64,000 bases of DNA, from positions 39,776-103,775 of the forward strand of contig UQDJ01000001.1 of the NCBI GenBank assembly GCA_900539675.1, read 5' to 3'. The stretch is from an uncultured Coriobacteriaceae bacterium (GTDB lineage Bacteria; Actinomycetota; Coriobacteriia; Coriobacteriales; Eggerthellaceae). Position 1 is the stretch's first letter, and each line of letters begins with the position of its first letter. The notes beneath the pieces are model-generated. The model ran no database searches, was not told the origin of the DNA, and saw only the letters and a program-made list of their open reading frames with translations. The translations under genes and the position numbers were made by a program. Shown here in pieces: positions 57,298-64,000 of this stretch.

Positions 57298-57921
57298 ATG
57301 TCTGCACGTGCAGAAAAATCAACAACGCCCAAAACCAACAGGCAAGAATCGAAACACCCCACTACCAACACCAATGTATGGTCAACCAAACAGCTGGTTA
57401 CCATGGCATTGATGGTGGCCATAGGCGTTCTACTTTCGTTTATCGAGTTTCCACTCTTGCCCGGTGTTCCGTGGCTCAAGTTCGACGCATCCAATATGCC
57501 TGCATTGGTAGCAGGATTTGCTTTTAACCCTGGTGCTGGCGTTGCCGTAGGCATTCTTACCGCCATCATTCACGGCCTGTTACTGGCTGATTTTACGGGC
57601 GCTTTAGTCAATGTGGTCGTAGTTACCTGCTTCGTATTGCCAGCAGCAATCCTCTACAAAAAGAAGCGCACCTATCCGGTTGCTATCGGTGGCATGGTAT
57701 TAAGCGTCATCGCTGCCACTCTTGCTGCTATCGTTATGAACTTGATTGTGACCCCTGCTTGGCTGGGCGTACCTTTCGATGCAGTGGTGGCTATGGTGCT
57801 GCCCATCTTGCTTCCCTTTAACTTACTTAAGGGACTTCTCAACGCAGTCCTTACCCTGATTATCTATAAGTCGATTTCCAATCTGATCACCCCTAAGAAA
57901 GATCAGAAGAAGGGTCGATAA
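57298..57921 (+). CDS. ribU: ECF transporter S component, riboflavin-specific (RibU-like)
   Basis: 207 aa; LKFDASNMPALVAGFAFNPGAGVAVGILTAIIHG and LLPFNLLKGLLNAVLTLI parallel RibU (LKIDFSDVPA..., ILPFNMIKG...); directly behind FMN riboswitch. Confidence 0.75.
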   Translation: MSARAEKSTTPKTNRQESKHPTTNTNVWSTKQLVTMALMVAIGVLLSFIEFPLLPGVPWLKFDASNMPALVAGFAFNPGAGVAVGILTAIIHGLLLADFTGALVNVVVVTCFVLPAAILYKKKRTYPVAIGGMVLSVIAATLAAIVMNLIVTPAWLGVPFDAVVAMVLPILLPFNLLKGLLNAVLTLIIYKSISNLITPKKDQKKGR

Positions 57922-57925
57922 CCTT

Positions 57926-58750
57926 ATGGTCAACTTTTCGGACGTTTCGTTTACCTATACCGGAAAAGACTACGTGCTCACCGATATAGATGTCACGATC
58001 AAAAGGGGCGAATTTGCCTGTATTTTAGGCGCAAATGGATCGGGCAAATCAACCTTTTCAAAGCTGATTAACGCACTTTTAGTTCCCGATGAGGGCAGCG
58101 TTACCGTTGATGGGCTGGATACGGCCGACCCGGATAATACCTACACCATTCGCAGCAATGCGGGAATGGTGTTTCAAAACCCCGACGATCAGCTGGTAGC
58201 AAGCCTGGTTGAAAATGATGTGGCATTCGGTCCAGAGAACTTGAGCATACCCAATCCCGAATTAAGACAACGCGTTGAGCACGCCTTGGCTCAGGTGGGA
58301 CTTTCTGGTGCCGAAAAGCGTGAAACCACCGCTCTTTCCGGCGGCCAAAAGCAGCGTGTAGCCATTGCGGGCGTGCTTGCCATGGAGCCCGATATTTTAA
58401 TCTTCGATGAAGCGTCCGCCATGCTTGACCCGCGCGGTCGCCGTGGACTGATGCGCGTGTGCAAAGAGCTCCATGCCGAAGGCCTCACCATTGTGATGAT
58501 TACGCACTTTATGGAAGAAGCCGCAGAAGCGGACCACCTGATCGTGCTTGAGCACGGCAAATGTGTTTTGGAAGGCACACCAGAAGAAGTGCTGATTCAG
58601 GATACCGTGTTGGAGAAGATGAATTTGGCAGCACCGTTCGCCACTGAAATGGCGCGCCTGTTGCGCCAGCGCGGCATCACTCTTGAGAAAACCCCTATCG
58701 AAACCGGCTTGCTGAAGGAGGAACTGTGTCGATTGTATTCGAGCAGGTAA
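57926..58750 (+). CDS. ecfA1: ECF transporter ATPase subunit EcfA1
   Basis: Walker A GANGSGKST, signature LSGGQKQRVA, Walker B ILIFDEASAMLD. Confidence 0.85.
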   Translation: MVNFSDVSFTYTGKDYVLTDIDVTIKRGEFACILGANGSGKSTFSKLINALLVPDEGSVTVDGLDTADPDNTYTIRSNAGMVFQNPDDQLVASLVENDVAFGPENLSIPNPELRQRVEHALAQVGLSGAEKRETTALSGGQKQRVAIAGVLAMEPDILIFDEASAMLDPRGRRGLMRVCKELHAEGLTIVMITHFMEEAAEADHLIVLEHGKCVLEGTPEEVLIQDTVLEKMNLAAPFATEMARLLRQRGITLEKTPIETGLLKEELCRLYSSR

Positions 58751-59727
58751 GCTTCAGCTACTCACCGCTTACCAAACGCCAGAAAAAAGAAGGCGAAACC
58801 GAGCGCTATGCGCTGCGCAATATTTCCTTTGAACTTCATGAGGGCGAGTTTTTCGCCATTGCTGGACATACCGGATCGGGCAAATCAACTCTGGTGCAGC
58901 ATCTCAACGGTCTTACCCACCCCACGACCGGACGCGTGTTGTGGCGCGGACAAGATTTGGCCGATCGTAAAGTTGCCACTAAAGCACGTGAGGACATTGG
59001 CGTGGTATTCCAATACCCGGAACACCAGCTATTTGCAGCCACAGTCTATGAAGATGTTGCCTTTGGCCCACGTAACTTGGGGTTATCTGCCGAAGAGGTG
59101 GATGCCCGCGTCCACGAGGCCCTAGAAATTGTGAACTTAGACTTTGACGAGCTTCATGATCGCAGCCCGTTTGAGCTTTCCGGCGGACAGCAGCGCCGCG
59201 TTGCATTTGCAGGTGTGTTGGCTATGCGCCCCGCCTTTTTGGTACTTGATGAACCGGTTGCGGGCTTGGATCCCGCTTCGCGCAATGACTTCTTACAGCT
59301 GATTAAGCGCTTACACGAAAAGCACAACATCACCGTGGTGATGGTTTCGCACAACATGAATGATATTGCTCTTTTGGCCGACAGACTGTTGGTGCTTCAT
59401 GAAGGCGAAATAGCTTTTTTGGGCACACCGGAAGACATATTTGTACACCACGCAAAAGAGGTGCGTGCCATCGGTTTAGGCATTCCTCATGCACAGCGCT
59501 TGGCAAATGAACTGCGCGAAATGGGCTTGCCTTTGCCTGAAGTACTCTACCAACCCGAAACTCTAGCCGATGCGTTGGCTCGTCTGATCAACGGGCGTCC
59601 CGATGATAGCCATCAGGCCGCCAATGCCACCCGCATACCCAGCAACAACGGGACCTCCATCAGCCCCTGCGACAATGGGGGCTTCGCCAGTCCCCGAAAC
59701 CATAGCGCGACCGAACAGGAGGGCTAG
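58726..59727 (+). CDS. ecfA2: ECF transporter ATPase subunit EcfA2 (with ~60-aa C-terminal extension)
   Basis: GHTGSGKST, LSGGQQRRVA, LVLDEPVAGLD; GTG start overlapping ecfA1 end. Confidence 0.85.
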   Translation: MSIVFEQVSFSYSPLTKRQKKEGETERYALRNISFELHEGEFFAIAGHTGSGKSTLVQHLNGLTHPTTGRVLWRGQDLADRKVATKAREDIGVVFQYPEHQLFAATVYEDVAFGPRNLGLSAEEVDARVHEALEIVNLDFDELHDRSPFELSGGQQRRVAFAGVLAMRPAFLVLDEPVAGLDPASRNDFLQLIKRLHEKHNITVVMVSHNMNDIALLADRLLVLHEGEIAFLGTPEDIFVHHAKEVRAIGLGIPHAQRLANELREMGLPLPEVLYQPETLADALARLINGRPDDSHQAANATRIPSNNGTSISPCDNGGFASPRNHSATEQEG

Positions 59728-59730
59728 AGC

Positions 59731-60552
59731 ATGAATCTTCAGCCTATTTTCGGTCGTTACCTGACGCGCGATTCCATCGTTCATCACATGGATCCTCGTG
59801 CAAAGCTCATTCTATCCCTCGTGTTCATGGTGATGGTCTTTGCTGCCGGGTCCTACCCTGCCCTGGGTGTTGCAGCCCTGTTTACTTTCGGCATGTTCGC
59901 CTTTTCCCGTATTTCACTGCGCCAGGCGTTCACGTCTATTGCACCGCTTGCTATTTTGGTCGTCTTTACCGCCCTTTTAAATATCTTTTTTGTACAGGGC
60001 GGTACCGTATATTTCCAATTCTGGATTATTTGCATCAGTGAAGGCGGCTTAAACCAGGCGCTCTTTATTGCTATTCGCCTGACCCTTTTACTTTTAGGCG
60101 TGAGTCTGTTAACCCTCGCAACCACCACGCTTGATATCACCGATGCCTTCGAAAAGTTGCTCGAGCCCCTGCGGCGCATCGGACTACCCGCGCACGAGCT
60201 TTCGATGATGATGGGCATTGCTCTGCGCTTCCTGCCACAATTCGCCATCGAGCTGCGCACCATCTATCGCGCCCAGATTAGTCGCGGCGCCAACTTTTCA
60301 TCCAATCCGAAAAGCTCCGTGCAAATGATGACTTCGCTCATTGTGCCCCTGTTTACCAGCGCATTTCGCCATGCAGATACCCTATCGCTGGCAATGGACG
60401 CCCGCTGTTACCACGGCGGCGACAACCGCACCCGCCTTAAGGACCTATCGTTTCATACGCGCGACTTGGGCGGAACGCTGTATCTTTTAATTGGCATTGC
60501 TGCAGTATTTGCAACGGATTTTGCCGTTAACACGTTCTTGGGAGGATTCTAA
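59731..60552 (+). CDS. ecfT: ECF transporter transmembrane subunit EcfT
   Basis: 273 aa; YLTRDSIVHHMDPRAKLI... typical EcfT N-terminus and coupling helices (ARG-containing ...ALRF...). Confidence 0.85.
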   Translation: MNLQPIFGRYLTRDSIVHHMDPRAKLILSLVFMVMVFAAGSYPALGVAALFTFGMFAFSRISLRQAFTSIAPLAILVVFTALLNIFFVQGGTVYFQFWIICISEGGLNQALFIAIRLTLLLLGVSLLTLATTTLDITDAFEKLLEPLRRIGLPAHELSMMMGIALRFLPQFAIELRTIYRAQISRGANFSSNPKSSVQMMTSLIVPLFTSAFRHADTLSLAMDARCYHGGDNRTRLKDLSFHTRDLGGTLYLLIGIAAVFATDFAVNTFLGGF

Positions 60553-60956
60553 TGGACGAATTAATTGCATACCTTCAATCGGCACCCGCATGGTATCTTG
60601 CCACCTGCGATGGCGATCAGCCTCACGTGCGTCCCTTTTCATTTGTCATGCGCGAAGGTGACACCCTGTGGTTTTGCACCGGTAAAAATAAAGATGTCTA
60701 TCGCGAATTGATGGCAAACCCCAAGTTTGAAGCATCGGCATGGAAGCCAGGCTGTGGCTGGGTTGTGCTTACCGGTGTTGCAAGCATGAAAGACACTGCT
60801 GGCGACGAAGTGCGCAAAGCAGGCTTTGAACATATGGTGGCTTTAGGTGAACAGCACGAAAGCGTTGATGACCCGAACCTGACGTTCTTTTCGCTGAAAT
60901 CCGGCATCGCCAAGATTGCTGACATTGACGGCAGCGAACGCGAATTGGTGCTGTAG
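60552..60956 (+). CDS. Pyridoxamine 5'-phosphate oxidase-like FMN-binding split-barrel protein
   Basis: 134 aa; ...AWYLATCDGDQPHVRPFSFVMREGDTLWFCTGKNKDVYREL... PNPOx-fold; start overlaps ecfT stop (TAATG). Confidence 0.65.
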   Translation: MDELIAYLQSAPAWYLATCDGDQPHVRPFSFVMREGDTLWFCTGKNKDVYRELMANPKFEASAWKPGCGWVVLTGVASMKDTAGDEVRKAGFEHMVALGEQHESVDDPNLTFFSLKSGIAKIADIDGSERELVL

Positions 60957-60967
60957 CGCACCTAACA

Positions 60968-61001
60968 GGGCCTCGTACAGGCTACACCCTGCACGAGGCC
61001 C
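60968..61001. terminator. Bidirectional terminator hairpin gggcctcgt-N16-acgaggccc
   Basis: 9-bp perfect stem between convergent PNPOx-like gene (+) and aroK (-). Confidence 0.5.
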
Positions 61002-61065
61002 AAATATTATCTTGACCCCAAATATTCTCAAGAGTATTGCGCCAATGGCGCTACCGCATGGTTTT

Positions 61066-61584
61066 TTACATCAAGGAAAGCTGATCAACCAGTTTACGTG
61101 CCGTATCGCGGACAGAAAGCCCATCGATATCCAGCGTAATATCTGCGTACTTTTCGTACAGAGGAAGGCGTTCTTCATACAGGTCGTGCAAGCTCATACC
61201 GATGCCGTTTTTCATAACAACACCGCGCTCATGCAAACCGCCCAAACGATTTTCTAACTCTTCGTAGGAAACGCGCAGGTAAACCACCGTACCGATAGAC
61301 TTCAAATGCTTCATAGCCTCATCGGAATATACCGCCGAACCACCCGTAGCGATGATGGCGCGCTTAGCAGAAAGCGTGCAGAGAACTTCGTTTTCTACCT
61401 CGATAAATCCATCAGGGCCACATGCATCGATGATCTTCTGCAGCGTCTTGTCCAGTTTGCTCTGAATAAGCAGGTCGGCATCAATAAATTCATAACCTAA
61501 AATCTTGGCAAGCACGACGCCTAAGGTAGATTTGCCAGCGCCCGGCATACCAATCAGGACGACGTTGTCTAGTGCGTTAGACAT
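61066..61584 (-). CDS. aroK: Shikimate kinase
   Basis: 172 aa; Walker A GMPGAGKST, ...FIDADL... shikimate-binding region. Confidence 0.85.
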   Translation of the reverse strand: MSNALDNVVLIGMPGAGKSTLGVVLAKILGYEFIDADLLIQSKLDKTLQKIIDACGPDGFIEVENEVLCTLSAKRAIIATGGSAVYSDEAMKHLKSIGTVVYLRVSYEELENRLGGLHERGVVMKNGIGMSLHDLYEERLPLYEKYADITLDIDGLSVRDTARKLVDQLSLM

Positions 61585-62539
61585 GCGGTTCGTCCTCCTT
61601 CCATCGTTTTCGTTTCTGTGCCACTATAGCACGTTTAGCCTCCAGCCACGGAGCCAGCAATTCGTCAACCAAGATGGCAACAAAAATCAGCGCGAAACCC
61701 ATCCCCAAACGCAGGGTGAGCACTTCGCCGTACAGCAAAATAGAAAACACGACGCCAAATACCGCTTCCAGACTGAGAAACAGCGCAGCCTGAGCGGGCG
61801 GCACATGAGCAAGCGCAACGTTCTGAATACCGAATGCCACTATGGAGGCAAAAACGATCAGAAACGCCATAGATCCTACGATATCAGGCGTAATAGCCGA
61901 AAGCGCCGGTGGCACTTCAGTCAATGCCCCAACGCCTAAGCCCAACAAGCCTTCGCCGATGAACTGAAACACCGTCAGCACTAAAACGTCATGCACGCGA
62001 GAGCAGCGCGAAACAAGTGCAATGTGAATAGCAAATAACACCGCGCAGAGCAGCGTCATGGCTTCGCCAAAACCCAGGGTTAATGTTTCTCCTGACGTCG
62101 ACACCGATACCAGCCATATGCCGCCCAGGGCGATAACCGCAGCGCCCAAGTTACACAACGATGGCCTATGATGAGCCAACACCCACCACACGAACGGAAC
62201 AATAACGCAATAGGTTGCCGTTAAAAACGCATTGATACCAGGCGTGGTGTGCTGCAAGCCCACCGTCTGAGTCCAGAATGCACTGAAATCAAAAAGAGCA
62301 AGCAGAAAACCGGCGCCAAGAATCTTTAATGAAAAGCACTTGCGCACACGCGGCAGCAAGATAAGCAGCAGAATAAGCCCCGCTGTAGTAAAACGAATGC
62401 CTAACAACCATGCCGGTGGAATAACTTCTACCACATTCTTCATTACGACAAAGCTGAAGCCCCAAATAAGGGTAGCAAGGATAATGAGCGCTTTATAAAC
62501 TCCAGTGGGTATGTTGGCCAGTTGAATCACAAAGCACAA
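61577..62539 (-). CDS. DMT-superfamily (EamA-like) transporter
   Basis: 320 aa, 10 TMs in two EamA repeats; stop overlaps aroK start by 8 nt. Confidence 0.75.
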   Translation of the reverse strand: MCFVIQLANIPTGVYKALIILATLIWGFSFVVMKNVVEVIPPAWLLGIRFTTAGLILLLILLPRVRKCFSLKILGAGFLLALFDFSAFWTQTVGLQHTTPGINAFLTATYCVIVPFVWWVLAHHRPSLCNLGAAVIALGGIWLVSVSTSGETLTLGFGEAMTLLCAVLFAIHIALVSRCSRVHDVLVLTVFQFIGEGLLGLGVGALTEVPPALSAITPDIVGSMAFLIVFASIVAFGIQNVALAHVPPAQAALFLSLEAVFGVVFSILLYGEVLTLRLGMGFALIFVAILVDELLAPWLEAKRAIVAQKRKRWKEDEPHV

Positions 62540-62607
62540 TTATACCGAGCGGTCCCGTGTACTCCAAACACTATCCGTTGACCGCACTGCCGAGCGAACA
62601 GCACCGT

Positions 62608-64000
62608 CTAACGAGCACCACCGCCGCCGCCAAAGCCACCGCCGCCGCCAAAGCCACCGCCGCCGCCGACAGAAAAGCCTCCACCAACGCCCGATGCTGA
62701 CACCTCTCCCACATTGGGAGAAAAAGCCGCATCAGTATTCGTGAGCGCCTGATCTATAGACTGAGCAAACGCATCAGTCACCATCGGAATACCCGTCGCA
62801 TGAAGCGATGCGCTATACCACATCCACCAGGGCACCGTTGGCATGGACGCCACCAAATCGGGATCAAATAGCTCAGGCTCTGCAATACGCAATTGCTTCA
62901 GCGTTTCTTCTGCAACACCTAACAGCAGGGCATACACCATAAATTCGCCCCATACTTTTATATCGAGCGGCGGACGTTCATCCAAAGTAGAAAATTCAGT
63001 GAGCCATTTCTTTAAGGCCATACAACGCGCATACGCATCGGCGCCCTTTTGCGTACGACGATCCATAAAACGAGAAACGATGATAAGCGCCACGCCCACA
63101 ATAACGGCTGGAATTACTACCAACCAATTGCCAAAGAGCAATGCCAAAAGAGCCACAACCGCCATCAACAACACCGCAATGGTTGCCATGCGAAAACGCC
63201 TGCTTTGCGAATAGGACTCAAAGTATTCACCAGCGATCACGTGGGACGTTACCATCCCCTGCCAACGCTGTAAGCCTTCATTGAACTGGACTCCGTTCTG
63301 CTTGGCAAAGGTGCTAATATCGCCGAACCACAACGTGTCATTACCCTGCGCCACCACATCAAATAAGAAGCTCATAGCTTCGCGATCTAGCTCGCTATTA
63401 AGGTTGATTTCCACCTCAGGCACACGCGTCAACCGGTAATCGGTATGCGTTTTTGTCTTGCCGAACAGCGTCCGCTTTTCACCCGCTGCAGCTGCAGTGT
63501 GCACCTCATCATTTTCGCGAACGGCTCTGTCGATACGCAATGCGCCCGCATTGGCCAAATGCATGATGGTTGCGGTGAAATCGTTCGTGCTTTCAGCATC
63601 AAAGCGAATCAAGCGGCCAATAACAGCAGGGTGTTCACCTTTAACGGGAACATCACGCCAGTATTGTTCGGTAAAGGTGGGTTTAAGTTCTTTGCCGTAG
63701 CGGAAAAACGAGCGAATACCCCAAATCAGCGTTGCTGTGCACAGCACCAACACGGCAATAAACAGACCAATGGTGGTTGCTCGCTGGGCATTGGCGCGAT
63801 CCGCCCACACATGTTCCTCGTTAAGCGCCTGATCCAAGTGGGCAGTTGAAGGATGTGCGTTCGGATCTTGCGGCGCCACACCCACCAACCAGTCAGTTGG
63901 GAAAAGCACGCGAGCTTCGGCATAGGTGCCTGCCTTCACCTTGGGCACCTGATACGTGACCGTGCCATCGGTGTTGATATGTACGGTGGAATTGAGCGAA
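62608..64000 (-). CDS. DUF2207-type membrane protein, N-terminus beyond window edge
   Basis: Reading frame stays open to position 64000; extracellular N-terminal domain, TM pair, and C-terminal Gly-rich tail GGGGFGGGGGFGGGGGAR characteristic of DUF2207 proteins. Confidence 0.6.
   Translation of the reverse strand, partial: SLNSTVHINTDGTVTYQVPKVKAGTYAEARVLFPTDWLVGVAPQDPNAHPSTAHLDQALNEEHVWADRANAQRATTIGLFIAVLVLCTATLIWGIRSFFRYGKELKPTFTEQYWRDVPVKGEHPAVIGRLIRFDAESTNDFTATIMHLANAGALRIDRAVRENDEVHTAAAAGEKRTLFGKTKTHTDYRLTRVPEVEINLNSELDREAMSFLFDVVAQGNDTLWFGDISTFAKQNGVQFNEGLQRWQGMVTSHVIAGEYFESYSQSRRFRMATIAVLLMAVVALLALLFGNWLVVIPAVIVGVALIIVSRFMDRRTQKGADAYARCMALKKWLTEFSTLDERPPLDIKVWGEFMVYALLLGVAEETLKQLRIAEPELFDPDLVASMPTVPWWMWYSASLHATGIPMVTDAFAQSIDQALTNTDAAFSPNVGEVSASGVGGGFSVGGGGGFGGGGGFGGGGGAR

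Overview
This 64 kb window looks like the chromosome of a high-GC, Gram-positive anaerobe, and is dense with core genes on both strands. The taxonomic guess (Actinobacteria, probably Coriobacteriia-like) is an inference from the gene content listed below, not from any search.

Housekeeping blocks, in order along the window:
- A partial panE-like reductase gene, a LysR regulator and nadE.
- A UbiD/UbiX decarboxylase pair with a small Cys/His-rich partner, then ogt.
- Two tandem paralogous ArsB/NhaD-family (CitMHS) permeases that share leader and operator motifs.
- pheS-pheT behind a T-box leader.
- An Hsp70 / J-domain protein / Cys-rich hypothetical protein module that directly follows a complete his operon: a hisZ-hisG fusion, then hisD, hisC, hisB, hisH, hisA, hisF and hisI.
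- A universal stress protein and an NSS-family sodium symporter.
- gatC-gatA-gatB, an MscS channel, engB and rnhA.
- A 2-hydroxyacyl-CoA-dehydratase-like module (HgdC-type activator, beta and alpha subunits) preceded by a SerA-like 2-hydroxyacid dehydrogenase.
- tRNA-Leu(CAG).
- The actinobacterial division cluster fhaA-fhaB-PP2C phosphatase-(rodA fused to pbpA)-pknB.
- An MFS transporter, a second LysR regulator and tRNA-Arg(CCU).
- An FMN riboswitch driving ribU-ecfA1-ecfA2-ecfT plus a PNPOx-like flavoprotein.
- aroK, a DMT transporter and a partial DUF2207 membrane protein.

I saw no transposases, integrases or CRISPR arrays. Several short tandem-repeat arrays and palindromic candidate operators lie in intergenic spacers and are reported as findings. 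All calls rest on reading the translated ORFs and the DNA by eye; no database search was run.
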